A stretch of 63,960 bases of DNA, counting the filler, from Octopus bimaculoides (Eukaryota), in assembly GCF_001194135.2 (NCBI RefSeq). It is 5 parts of 5 records of this genome, joined end to end, with 100 filler letters (N's around TTAATTAATTAA, not from the genome) between each part and the next. Parts side by side here need not be neighbours in the genome. Positions count along the whole stretch, not along the records: positions 18,939 to 41,408 come from NC_068983.1; positions 41,509 to 49,823 come from NC_068993.1; 3 more parts are not named here. One strand, given 5' to 3'. This document shows positions 36,070 to 49,159 of this stretch, piece after piece. A model generated the notes under the pieces. It had not been told where the DNA came from, made no database searches, and saw only the letters and a list, made by a program, of their open reading frames with translations. Position 1 is the stretch's first letter; each line of letters opens with the position of its first letter. A program made the position numbers and the translations under genes.

Positions 36070-38083
36070 GTAAGCAAAAAATATTTAATGGTGTTTGAAA
36101 CAATTTTTCTTCTTTTTTTACCTTTGCCATCTATTTGGCACAAATATATTTACTGATATTAGAAAAGTGGAGTTTATATGAAGCAGGGTTTAAAATGTTT
36201 TAGAAAGTCACTACAGTGCAAGTAATGCTATTATAGTGACTTTCTAGAACACTTGTGATGATATTTATTAATATTGAACTAATTTTCATCAGTGTTCTTG
36301 ATAACTATAGATGAAGGTATGTCTTTGGAGAACTATATTTTAATATACTCTGTGTTTGTATGTGTGAAATATTTTGATGGTCTTGTTAGAGCTTACATTC
36401 TTTTTCTGTTGTCAACTCTAAACTGACATAAAATGTTTATAGATTAACAATGGATTTCAGTTTTTGTTAATAATTTTTGTCAAGTTTTCAGTGTCTGTTC
36501 TAATACTTATTTTTGAGTTATTCATAATTTGTAAAATAATTTAGATTAATTCCTCTTTACTTTTTGGAGGCAGTGGATTCTACTATCTAAATCACATAGG
36601 CAAGAGGAAAATAATTTTACTGAATGAGTTATTTTTATCTATTCATTATTAGTTTAATCTTAATGAGTATGAAGTAAATATTTTGCTCCATACTTTTGTT
36701 TTGAGTAAATATTTTAAACTAAATATGCATTTCTTGGTTAACTATGAATATGATGAGAATCTCTTTTCATTTAAATTGACTAAGACAATCTTATTAATAC
36801 TTATAAGAAGAATGTAAATTTTGCACAATCTCTTTAATCCTGTCATCAGAGACCAGTTACAATATAACATTATACAGTTTAGTAAAATATAACTATACAC
36901 ATCTCATATGTGGTAAAAGAAAAAAATATCTTAGACAGTAAATTTATTGCAATTTTGTCTTGTCAGTATTTCTCTTACTCTTTGCCAACAAGTGTTAGAT
37001 TTATCTTATCTACATCTACTTGGTGAATTTCTTTCACTTCAGTAATTAACAGGTAGTCTATACATCACTGATGAGTTTCAAGAAGGCAAAGCATGTTCAG
37101 AAATTTCTTCCACACTTGTCAAGAAAAATATCAATCAACTCATTATTGTTCTTTGACTGCATATCTGAATATACTTTAGCTTTTTATTGTTTTAATATTT
37201 AAACACACTTTCATCTTCATAACTAAAATCATAATACAGGTGATATACTTTGACAAACAATAATGTATTATCGGGAGAGAATATAGTAACCAAGAAATGA
37301 AAGTAATTGAGTTGTCATAGAATTTGTTCACCAAATCCACCAGAATTCTTTGACAATATACATATATCTGTCTGTCTGATGTCTGTCTCCCTACCTGTTC
37401 TCTAAGTATGTCTGTGCACTAGTGTACTGCAGTAAAACATAACAAAAAGAATAATAAAATTATGAGATTTCTTTCTTTCGGTAATTCTTAATGTTTTTTC
37501 TTCATGCCTTGTTGCATTTGTTTTCTCTCTGTTATTCTTTTCACTTCCACTCTTTCTCTTACATTATTCTCATTGATTCACTCACATGCTTTGTTAAATC
37601 TCCTCTTCTTTACCTATATGTATTTCACTCAATTTTTTCTCTCCATCAAATTCTGCCTTTATATCTTTTTTCATTTCCTAATGTCCTTTCCTAACTGGAT
37701 ATCATACATTAAGGTTCTCCCCACCCCCTTTTTTAAAATCATTTTTTCCCATTCACTTACTCTCTATACCTCTGTTATTTGTTTAATTATATTACATTTC
37801 TGACTTTTTTCTGGTGTAGAGCTATCTCTTCTCTTCAGTCTCCTATTCTATTACTTATGTGAATGCACGCACATAAAATATATACATAATGCATATACAT
37901 ACACAAGTACATACATACACACACATTCATTCATTCACAGACGCATAATATATATGTATATATGTCTTTTAATATAGCCATAGGTCAACCAAAGCTTTGT
38001 GAGTGAGTTTGGTAAATGGAAACTGAAAAGACTCTGTGTGTGTGTGTGTGTGTAGTAAATCATCACTTGCATGGAGAACAGTG

Positions 38084-38580
38084 AAAATCAAAACAGTAAT
38101 GTAACTATTCATTCTTAATATGCTCAAACATGAATATACTAATTGCTGTTGTATTTTGTCTATGGAGCACAACTTCTCTCAGTCAATGTGTGTTCTAAAT
38201 GCACTGAGATCATTGAGATAAAGAGACTTTAAGACACTGTGTGGTTTCAACTTGGTTGTGTCTCTTCAGTCAAATGCACCTCCAGACTCAGTGAGTCTAA
38301 ACAAGAATTTTGGCTCTTGTTTATAGAAATCAGTGAACAGATTATTTGCTGATACGTGATGTCTGCCAAAATAATAATGAATTGCTGTGTGCATTGAGAA
38401 CAGTGAAAATCAAAACAACAAAGCAGAAAAAACATTCTTAAATGAATAGTGTTGTGAATACCTATTGTATGAAAGGAAAAATTGTTCTCCATAGATGGCA
38501 TACAACAGCAATTAACATATTCACATTCAAATCTATCAAAACATATTAAGAATGAATATGTACATCATTGTTTTGATTTT
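38084..38580. repeat. Inverted repeat with about 90-100-bp arms (old MITE-like)
   Basis: aaaatcaaaacagtaatgt...cattcttaatatg...taattgctgttgta...tctatggagcacaa (38084-38174) matches the reverse complement of 38481-38580. Confidence 0.7.
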
Positions 38581-39029
38581 TTTTCTTTGTTTTCCATACA
38601 TGTGACATCTACTGACACATTCATTGAGAATTTGGCAGTAAGCTTTTAGCTTCATAATGTTCTCATTATTTTTACTTTTTTTCTTAAATTTCCAAATGTC
38701 CCTCACAATCTCACACTAATTTCAATAACCTATGACTTGTAGACATTCACCTGTTGACTAGTAATGTGTAAGAAAGCTCTTGACAGAATGCAATACAATA
38801 CAAGTAGTGCAGCTGCTAGATGCACTGTTAATGATACTGCAATTTGACTGACTGACTATTAAATAGATTGAAATATTGCATTGACATTACAATGTCATTG
38901 CTGTGCAGGCTTTGGAATGAGTGGACTACTGTGTCAGTTAATTAGAAGCAGTGCAACTATATGTCAAGAGTTACGTATCAGAAGCTGAGCACAATCTGTT
39001 TTGGATTCATTTAGCTTATTTGAACGCTG

Positions 39030-39030
39030 G

Positions 39031-39075
<45 letters not shown>

Positions 39076-39076
39076 A

Positions 39077-39146
<70 letters not shown>
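39030..39146. repeat. (GT)n(GA)n compound microsatellite
   Basis: Direct reading. Confidence 0.97.
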
Positions 39147-39148
<2 letters not shown>

Positions 39149-39332
39149 TCTTTGTTGAAGAATGCAGTTTCATTTTGATTTGGGATTTTAACTTTGGAAT
39201 ATATCATATATATATCATAACTATTTTGTCACTCTTTTCTGCTTGGATAAATGAACTTAGGAAAGTGTATATTTCCTTAGTTTAAAATGAAATTCATCAA
39301 GTTTAAGTAAATGAATCAATAAAAATTCTGGT

Positions 39333-39745
39333 AGGCGTAGGAGTGGCTGTGTGGTAAGTAGGCTTGCTTACGAACCACATGGTTCCGGGTTCAGTCCCAC
39401 TGTGTGGCACCTTGGGCAAGTGTCTTCTACTATAGCCTCGGGCCGACCAAAGCCTTGTGAGTGGATTTGGTAGATGGAAACTGAAAGAAGCCTGTCGTAT
39501 ATATATGTATAATGTATGTGTGTGTGTATATGTTTGTGTGTCTGTGTTTGTCCCCCCAACATTGCTTGACAACCAATGCTGGTGTGTTTACGTACCCGAA
39601 AGCTAGCGGTTCAGCAAAAGAGACTGATAGAATAAGTACTAGGCTTACAAAGAATAAGTCCTGGGGGGTGATTTGCTCGACTAAAGGCGGTGCTCCAGCA
39701 TGGCCACAGTCGAATGACTGAAACAAGTAAGAGAGTAAAAAGAGT
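39333..39745 (+). mobile_element. tRNA-derived SINE, main family, young full-length copy
   Basis: A box tggctgtgtgg, B box ggttcagtccc, central microsatellite, tail gaatgactgaaacaagtaagag; CpGs retained. Confidence 0.93.
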
Positions 39746-39809
39746 AGAGTAAACGAAAACAAAGAAAGAATAAAGTATCATCGTTAGTATTAGATAAATA
39801 TTTAAACTT

Positions 39810-40148
39810 TGATTTGGTTCAGTCCCACTGTGCATTTTCTTGAACAAATATCTTCTACTATATTCCTGGACAGATGGAAGCCTTGTGAAAGAGGCTCATC
39901 GTGTGTGTGTGTGTACCCTTGTCTTGATGTCTTGTGGAGGTTGTAGAACAACCATCATTGGCAAATAAGCATGTTGTTTCCAGTTTTCCATGAAAAACAT
40001 GTCTGGCCATAAGGAAATATTACCTTGCTTTGAAACAGGTGAGAGTTGGTGACTGAAGAGTTGTCCTGCTGCAGAAAATCTACTTCAATAAATTGTATGT
40101 GGACCATGTCAGCATGAAAAAGTGGATGCTAAAATGACGATGTTGACA
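39810..40148 (+). mobile_element. Diverged SINE, third family
   Basis: Shares the head ggttcagtcccactg but has a different body ending in an RTE-like tail gcatgaaaaagtggatgctaaaatgacgatg. Confidence 0.6.
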
Positions 40149-40154
40149 ATAATA

Positions 40155-41408
40155 TTGGGTTGGCAAGAAAGTAATTTCGTTTTTCGCAAATAGGTAGAGT
40201 TATGAGTTTTTGAAGGACTTTTGTCAATGTTATGGTTTTTTCCTTTTGACATTTGATAGCCGTTACTTTTAGCTTACTTTAGAAGTAAATTGCATGTAAT
40301 TTTATTTATAGCTGTTAGTTCAGTGTCAATTGGTGTGCAAAACGAATATTTTTGCCATATTTTGCTTTCTTATTTCCATAAAGGCAAGAAAGCTGCTGAG
40401 GCTCACAAAGAGATATGTGAAGTTTATGGTGTTGATTGCTTAACAGAACGCATGTGTCAGAAATGGTTTTAAAAATTCTGTTCTGGAGATTTTTCACTCA
40501 ACGATGACCAACGTTCTGGTCAACCTACTGAAGTTGATGATGACTGAATTTGATTGTCATGCAACTGTGCAAGAGATTGCAGAAAGGTTAAATGTATCAC
40601 ACCCAACAATTGAAAATCACTTTGAATGTTTTGGACTCGTTAAGAAGCTCAATATTTGGGTTCCATATAAATTGAGAGATTCACTTAACACAATGAATCA
40701 ATATTTGCGATGTGCATCTCAAATGCAATGAAATCAACCTTTTTTTTTAAACGAATCATCACTGATGATGGAAAATGGATTGTCCACAAACATCAATCGA
40801 AAACGATCATGGTCCAAGCGTAATGAACCAGCACAAACCAGATCAAAAGCTGAATTGTATCAAAAAAGGTTATGCTGTCAATTTGGTGAGATTACAATGG
40901 TGTTGTGTATTTTGAGCTGCTTTCAAGGAATCAAATGATCAATTCAGATGTTTACTGTCAACAACTAATGAAACTGGAGAAAGCAATCAAGGAAAAACAG
41001 CCAGAATTGGCAAATCGTAAAGGAATCTTGTTCCACCATAACAATACCAGATCACACACGTCTTTGCTAACTTGTGCAAAATTATCAGAGCTTGATTAGA
41101 AAGTGATGTCACTTGCACCATATAGCCCCTACCTTGCACCATCAGATTACTATTTATTTCAAAGCTTGCATAATCTTTTGAATGGTAAGACTTTCAATAG
41201 TAATAGTGACCTGAAATCACACATGCTTCAGCTTTTGGCTGATAAGGACCAGAAATTGTATGAGCGTGGAATCATGAAATTGCCAGAAAGATGGCAAAAG
41301 GTCATCAAACAAAATGGAAAATATATAATTGATTAAAGTTCATTCTTTGTGTGAAAAAAAATTACTTTTATTTCACACTAAAAAACCGAAATTACTTTCT
41401 TGCTAACT
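40155..41408 (+). mobile_element. Mariner transposon, full length, decayed (family D)
   Basis: TA followed by TIR ttgggttggcaagaaagtaatttcg; right TIR cgaaattactttcttgctaact abuts the linker. YFCHILLSYFHKGKKAAEAHKEICEVYG, WVPYKL, PYSPYLAPSDYYLF. Confidence 0.93.
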
Positions 41409-41508
41409 NNNNNNNNNNNNNNNNNNNNNNNNNNNNNNNNNNNNNNNNNNNNTTAATTAATTAANNNNNNNNNNNNNNNNNNNNNNNNNNNNNNNNNNNN
41501 NNNNNNNN
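41409..41508. other. Artificial scaffold linker (N44-TTAATTAATTAA-N44)
   Basis: Exactly 100 bp, same as 18839-18938. Confidence 0.95.
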
Positions 41509-43466
41509 CATGCTCACACACACATGCACCCTCATGCACACACATACAGTTGCTCTCTCACACACACACGCACCACAATGACAATTCAAACACAAGCATA
41601 CTTAGAGACACACACAAACTCACGTACACACACATAACACCTCCACCAACACACAACACAAATAGACATACGTACACATACAGTCATACACATACATATG
41701 AACCATCAGACACACATACGGTTACTTACACACGCACACACACCACAAGGCTATTTAAAACAACACACTCACTCAGACAGAGAGAGACACACACACTCAC
41801 GTACACACACACACCCACACTCACAAAAAACACTCCCACGCACACACACAGATGCACACATACATACACACACAGACGCACACATATGTACACACCCTCA
41901 CACATACATACGGTTACTCTCTCTCGCACACACGCACCACAAGGACGATTAAAACAACACATACATACTCAGAAAAATAGATATACGCACACTCTCACGT
42001 ACACACACCTAACATCCCCACCGACACAAAAAACACACAAACACACATACACACGCACTCACAAACGCACTCACGCACACACACGAACAAACACATATAC
42101 ACATACACACACATGCGCACACACAACACCCTAACAAATATTAATCACACACATACACACTCACACAAACGTGCACACACATACACACACCATCCTACCA
42201 TAGATAAAACACAATACTCATATACACATGCCACACACNNNNNNNNNNNNNNNNNNNNNNNNNNNNNNNNNNNNNNNNNNNNNNNNNNNNNNNNNNNNNN
42301 NNNNNNNNNNNNNNNNNNNNNNNNNNNNNNNNNNNNNNNNNNNNNNNNNNNNNNNNNNNNNNNNNNNNNNNNNNNNNNNNNNNNNNNNNNNNNNNNNNNN
42401 NNNNNNNNNNNNNNNNNNNNNNNNNNNNNNNNNNNNNNNNNNNNNNNNNNNNNNNNNNNNNNNNNNNNNNNNNNNNNNNNNNNNNNNNNNNNNNNNNNNN
42501 NNNNNNNNNNNNNNNNNNNNNNNNNNNNNNNNNNNNNNNNNNNNNNNNNNNNNNNNNNNNNNNNNNNNNNNNNNNNNNNNNNNNNNNNNNNNNNNNNNNN
42601 NNNNNNNNNNNNNNNNNNNNNNNNNNNNNNNNNNNNNNNNNNNNNNNNNNNNNNNNNNNNNNNNNNNNNNNNNNNNNNNNNNNNNNNNNNNNNNNNNNNN
42701 NNNNNNNNNNNNNNNNNNNNNNNNNNNNNNNNNNNNNNNNNNNNNNNNNNNNNNNNNNNNNNNNNNNNNNNNNNNNNNNNNNNNNNNNNNNNNNNNNNNN
42801 NNNNNNNNNNNNNNNNNNNNNNNNNNNNNNNNNNNNNNNNNNNNNNNNNNNNNNNNNNNNNNNNNNNNNNNNNNNNNNNNNNNNNNNNNNNNNNNNNNNN
42901 NNNNNNNNNNNNNNNNNNNNNNNNNNNNNNNNNNNNNNNNNNNNNNNNNNNNNNNNNNNNNNNNNNNNNNNNNNNNNNNNNNNNNNNNNNNNNNNNNNNN
43001 NNNNNNNNNNNNNNNNNNNNNNNNNNNNNNNNNNNNNNNNNNNNNNNNNNNNNNNNNNNNNNNNNNNNNNNNNNNNNNNNNNNNNNNNNNNGCACACACG
43101 CACCACAAGGACGATTAAAACAACACATACATACTCAGAAAAATAGATATACGCACACTCTCACGTACACACACCTAACATCCCCACCGACACAAAAAAC
43201 ACACAAACACACATACACACGCACTCACAAACGCACTCACGCACACACACGAACAAACACATATACACATACACACACATGCGCACACACAACACCCTAA
43301 CAAATATTAATCACACACATACACACTCACACAAACGTGCACACACATACACACACCATCCTACCATAGATAAAACACAATACTCATATACACATGCCAC
43401 ACACGCACGTACGCACACAGACATAGACATACACATACATATGAACCATCACACACATACATTTGC

Positions 43467-43504
<38 letters not shown>

Positions 43505-43535
43505 CACAAGGATATTTAAAACAACACACCCACTC
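41509..43535. repeat. CA-rich degenerate minisatellite, with a 313-bp exact duplicate across an N gap
   Basis: Recurrent ccacaagg...ttaaaacaacac anchors; 41926-42238 equals 43092-43404. Confidence 0.85.
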
Positions 43536-44451
43536 NNNNNNNNNNNNNNNNNNNNNNNNNNNNNNNNNNNNNNNNNNNNNNNNNNNNNNNNNNNNNNNNN
43601 NNNNNNNNNNNNNNNNNNNNNNNNNNNNNNNNNNNNNNNNNNNNNNNNNNNNNNNNNNNNNNNNNNNNNNNNNNNNNNNNNNNNNNNNNNNNNNNNNNNN
43701 NNNNNNNNNNNNNNNNNNNNNNNNNNNNNNNNNNNNNNNNNNNNNNNNNNNNNNNNNNNNNNNNNNNNNNNNNNNNNNNNNNNNNNNNNNNNNNNNNNNN
43801 NNNNNNNNNNNNNNNNNNNNNNNNNNNNNNNNNNNNNNNNNNNNNNNNNNNNNNNNNNNNNNNNNNNNNNNNNNNNNNNNNNNNNNNNNNNNNNNNNNNN
43901 NNNNNNNNNNNNNNNNNNNNNNNNNNNNNNNNNNNNNNNNNNNNNNNNNNNNNNNNNNNNNNNNNNNNNNNNNNNNNNNNNNNNNNNNNNNNNNNNNNNN
44001 NNNNNNNNNNNNNNNNNNNNNNNNNNNNNNNNNNNNNNNNNNNNNNNNNNNNNNNNNNNNNNNNNNNNNNNNNNNNNNNNNNNNNNNNNNNNNNNNNNNN
44101 NNNNNNNNNNNNNNNNNNNNNNNNNNNNNNNNNNNNNNNNNNNNNNNNNNNNNNNNNNNNNNNNNNNNNNNNNNNNNNNNNNNNNNNNNNNNNNNNNNNN
44201 NNNNNNNNNNNNNNNNNNNNNNNNNNNNNNNNNNNNNNNNNNNNNNNNNNNNNNNNNNNNNNNNNNNNNNNNNNNNNNNNNNNNNNNNNNNNNNNNNNNN
44301 NNNNNNNNNNNNNNNNNNNNNNNNNNNNNNNNNNNNNNNNNNNNNNNNNNNNNNNNNNNNNNNNNNNNNNNNNNNNNNNNNNNNNNNNNNNNNNNNNNNN
44401 NNNNNNNNNNNNNNNNNNNNNNNNNNNNNNNNNNNNNNNNNNNNNNNNNNN

Positions 44452-44485
<34 letters not shown>

Positions 44486-45093
44486 GCCTGGATTTGTTCT
44501 CATAAAATTTCTTTTACCTGAATTAAATCGCAGACCTGCCTGACTCTTTAATTATTTATGCTCCTACTTTTAAAATATATTCTTTAGCTTGTACATTGAA
44601 TCAATATTCTCCAATACAGATTTTATGCATTTTTCCTATTTCTTCAATTAACAACCTTCTATGATAATTAGATCCATTTATTCTTGTTTTCCGAAATATA
44701 CTCACATTAATGAGAAATCTCTATTTGACCCATTTGGAATGTCGGACATTTTAAAAAGAAAAATGGTTGAACACATCCACTATCAAATCTAGCCCTATCT
44801 GTAACCCAAAACTAACCTGCTCTTAATTTTTCGTCCCTTTTCTCTTATGCTCTACTTTTCCTCATTTTCTATCCAATCTCTGTCATATATTATTAACTTA
44901 ACTCCATTAGCTTTGTCTCATCAGATTTGAAGAAATCAGAAATAACTGAAGTAATTTATAAGCTCATACATAAGCAGAGATGTGTTTACATATATATACA
45001 CACATACGTGTATATGTGTGTGGTGGGGTGTATGTATGTGTGTGTGCGAATGTGCGTGTGAGTGTGCGTGTGTGAATGTGCGTGTGAGAGTGC

Positions 45094-45132
<39 letters not shown>

Positions 45133-45142
45133 NNNNNNNNNN

Positions 45143-45185
<43 letters not shown>

Positions 45186-45583
45186 TATATATAAGGCATT
45201 GTTACATATCGGTAAAGCTAATAGAAACGTGAAAGTACTCAAAGGCCGCTAAAATGGTGGGGGTTTTTTGTCTCTTTTATTATTTGCGTTACCGTCTGTC
45301 GTCCGTTAACTAAAATCGTCCATTCTATTGTAAGTCTAAGAAAGCAAACAATATAGATTTACCTCCCAAACTCACCACAATATATCGTAACAATGAAAGA
45401 GCTAATGTTAAGGTTGAGATGTCAAGCAGAAAACGGTTTGTGCAAAGCAGAGATCTTTATAGCTTTCGTTTCTATTTCCTACCATAGCATATTCTCTCTC
45501 TTTCTCGCTCTCATTCTCATATATATGTGTGTATGTGTCTTTGTGTGTATAAGTGTGTGCCTGTGTATGTGTGCGTGGGTGCG

Positions 45584-45630
<47 letters not shown>

Positions 45631-45999
45631 NNNNNNNNNNNNNNNNNNNNNNNNNNNNNNNNNNNNNNNNNNNNNNNNNNNNNNNNNNNNNNNNNNNNNN
45701 NNNNNNNNNNNNNNNNNNNNNNNNNNNNNNNNNNNNNNNNNNNNNNNNNNNNNNNNNNNNNNNNNNNNNNNNNNNNNNNNNNNNNNNNNNNNNNNNNNNN
45801 NNNNNNNNNNNNNNNNNNNNNNNNNNNNNNNNNNNNNNNNNNNNNNNNNNNNNNNNNNNNNNNNNNNNNNNNNNNNNNNNNNNNNNNNNNNNNNNNNNNN
45901 NNNNNNNNNNNNNNNNNNNNNNNNNNNNNNNNNNNNNNNNNNNNNNNNNNNNNNNNNNNNNNNNNNNNNNNNNNNNNNNNNNNNNNNNNNNNNNNNNNN

Positions 46000-46060
<61 letters not shown>

Positions 46061-46064
46061 TCTG

Positions 46065-46262
46065 TTTTGGAATAGTGGATCTCGAATCATACATACAGCT
46101 GTAGATAATAGCATATAATATTGGTTGAAAAGGCGATTTGGATATAAAGTCGAGAACGCTTACAAGAGATTTGTTTTCGCCTTTCACGGGTAGCCTTCGG
46201 CATATTTGTAATAGGGTTTTATTTCTAGTTTTATGCATGTTTCGAGATCCACTATTCCAAAA
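46065..46262. repeat. Short inverted-repeat element (22-bp perfect arms)
   Basis: ttttggaatagtggatctcgaa / ttcgagatccactattccaaaa. Confidence 0.8.
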
Positions 46263-46325
46263 AAGATGTAAAATATGTATATGGAAATGTTTGTATGTGT
46301 GTGTGTGTTTGTGTGTATGTGTGTG

Positions 46326-46356
<31 letters not shown>

Positions 46357-46892
46357 CTGTGTGTGTGTGTGTGCGTTTGTGCGCGTGTGCATGACCAATG
46401 TATTCATCTATGTCTAGCTGTAAGTATATATACCGAAGTACTCGTATATATGTAACTGCAAGTATGTATGTACCCTTATCTGTATATGGGTATTTATTCT
46501 TTTATTTATAGACCTAACTTTCCACGGACACATGTGTGTGTGCATGTGTGTATGTGTGCATACGTGTACATATATATAACTTTATCTGTCTATGTGTATG
46601 TATATCTATTTTGCCATATGTATGCAGCGATATCCGTGTCCGTGACAGTGTATAAATAAACATATCTTTTGTGTATCTTTATGTGTATATACTCTCGTGT
46701 ATATCTATATATATTGATACGCATACGTATGTATGTACGTATATCTATATGTCTCTGTATGCATACATATATGCATATAACTATATGCCTATGTAGATGA
46801 GAATATCTATGCATATGTGTGTGGTTATTCATATTTTTCTACATCTGTGTATATATTTACGTGTTTTATGTATACACACACACACACACACA

Positions 46893-46934
<42 letters not shown>

Positions 46935-47388
46935 TAAATATATGTATATATAAATATATATATATNNNNNNNNNNNNNNNNNNNNNNNNNNNNNNNNNNN
47001 NNNNNNNNNNNNNNNNNNNNNNNNNNNNNNNNNNNNNNNNNNNNNNNNNNNNNNNNNNNNNNNNNNNNNNNNNNNNNNNNNNNNNNNNNNNNNNNNNNNN
47101 NNNNNNNNNNNNNNNNNNNNNNNNNNNNNNNNNNNNNNNNNNNNNNNNNNNNNNNNNNNNNNNNNNNNNNNNNNNNNNNNNNNNNNNNNNNNNNNNNNNN
47201 NNNNNNNNNNNNNNNNNNNNNNNNNNNNNNNNNNNNNNNNNNNNNNNNNNNNNNNNNNNNNNNNNNNNNNNNNNNNNNNNNNNNNNNNNNNNNNNNNNNN
47301 NNNNNNNNNNNNNNNNNNNNNNNNNNNNNNNNNATATATATATATGTATCTATATATCTATGTATATATATGTTTCATCTATGCATGC

Positions 47389-47421
<33 letters not shown>

Positions 47422-47749
47422 TACACGGGATTATGTCTATATTTATGTTTGCTATACTGCACTAGAATGTTTATTGTCCGCCTAGCTAGAGGCCATGCGA
47501 TGACTAAATTGATAGATTTATAACCTTACCACACCATTTCTTTATATTACTAAGGCTGTCACATGTAAAGTAGAAGACAATATTTTTTTCTCTAGAATTT
47601 AAACTCTTTCTCATTCTATTTTCATGCTCGTTTTCTTTTTTTTTATTACCTGAGTGTTGACAGTCCCGTATAGGTATCTGTTGAAATGAGTGTTAACATT
47701 TATATTTACTACATATTTCTGTCTGGTTGGATGGACAGAAATATACAGA

Positions 47750-49130
47750 GTCTCTTTCCATTTTGCCAGAGAAACCTAAGAGAAGAGCCGAGAAAAGCAA
47801 AAAACCCTTTTCGTTGTCTTCTCTGTTATGGATAAGGTTTCTGACAGTGTACCGAGAACCAAGCCATGCGGGTGGTCCTTGTTCGTTTCGGATGTCCTGA
47901 TCAGTTTGTCTCCCTAACCCAAGCCCTGCATGATGGTATGATTGTAGATGTCTTTCATCGTGATCAACTCTCAGAAAAACTCCTGATTACATGTGGATTG
48001 AAACGCTTTTCCCCCAATAACTTACAGCAATGATCTATGAACTTAGCCCGGATCAACCAGGACTGGACATCAGATATCGTTTTGATGAAGGAGGCCTCAA
48101 TTTGGGGACGTTTCGGTCAAAGAATCTCACCAGTACTAAGTGAATCACAGACCTCCAGTACACCGACGACAACGCGGCATTCAGTCACTCAGGTAATCAA
48201 TAATTTCACCAATGCGTATCAACGTTTTGGGCTTACAGTAAATACTAAAAACACTCAAGTTATCACCCATCCATCCCCGAATTCTTCCCTTTCGGAGTTC
48301 AATGTAATCCTTTCGGGCACACCACTGGAGCAGGTTAATGACTTACTATATACCTTGGAAGTGTGCTCTCCGTCAAATGCAATTCTGAGTAAGATGTGAA
48401 ATGAAGAATCGGATCGTCTAACCTTTCAGCAAACAAACAAAATGTGTATTCAAAGACAAAAACCTAACTTTGAAGACGAAGATTATGGCCTACCATGCTG
48501 TTGTTGTATCTATCTACGTATATGGGTGTGAAACTTCAACTTTATATCGTCGTGACATCAAAAACCTCGAACGCTTTCAACAGCTGAAACATCAATCTCT
48601 CTTGAATACCAAGTGGTTTGACTATGTCTCCAATAACTCCGTGTCGGAAAGAGTGAATAGCCAGCCAGAGCATCAAATCTCTAATCATCAAACATCGTCT
48701 TCGATAGGCAAGTAATGTCACTAGGATGAACGATGAACGACTTCGTCGTCAAATCTGCTTCAATGCTCTGGCAACCTGGAATAGACGACTAATTTCAACT
48801 TCAAAGCAGACCAGCTTCGATACCTTGACTTCTGAGACGACCGTAACCAACCGTCCCGATAATCGACAAAACAAACAATAATGTAATATTGTTTGAAAGA
48901 GAAAGAATGAAAGAGAGAAGGAGAGACAACGGCAACAGAAGATCAGACAGCAACAACTACGTTCGACTCCGATATTCACGTGTGATTAATACAATCGCGG
49001 CGTGATTTACGCGAGGATTGGCTGCGTTACCCACATTCGCCACCGGTTTTAATGGTCCAAATATTCGTCCAGGAGGAGAAATCAATACTCGGATTCGAGG
49101 GACTAGCCGACGACGATATGACTGTATACT
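47750..49130 (+). mobile_element. RTE (BovB-like) LINE: RT domain to 3' end, decayed
   Basis: VRFGCPDQFVSLTQALHDGM, DIRYRFD, NAYQRFGLTVNTKNTQVI, LKTKIMAYHAVVVSIYVYGCETSTLYRRDIKNLERFQQ, and a C-terminal zinc-finger remnant (FTCD*YNRG...RIGCVTHIRHR). Confidence 0.88.
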
Positions 49131-49159
49131 TATAAATAATTATTTATACATGCGTTCAT

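Noticed and set aside
37076-37180. Possible plus-strand terminal exon (GSLYITDEFQEGKACSEISS...IIVL*)
   Set aside because: Needs phase 1, but the upstream candidate ends in phase 2; unsupported without transcript data.
39333-39410. tRNA-like heads with A and B boxes
   Set aside because: They are SINE heads without a complete cloverleaf; not called as tRNA genes.
41550-47485. Long ORFs (180-408 aa) rich in HT/CV/YI or X
   Set aside because: Translations of CA, GT and TA microsatellites and N gaps, not proteins.
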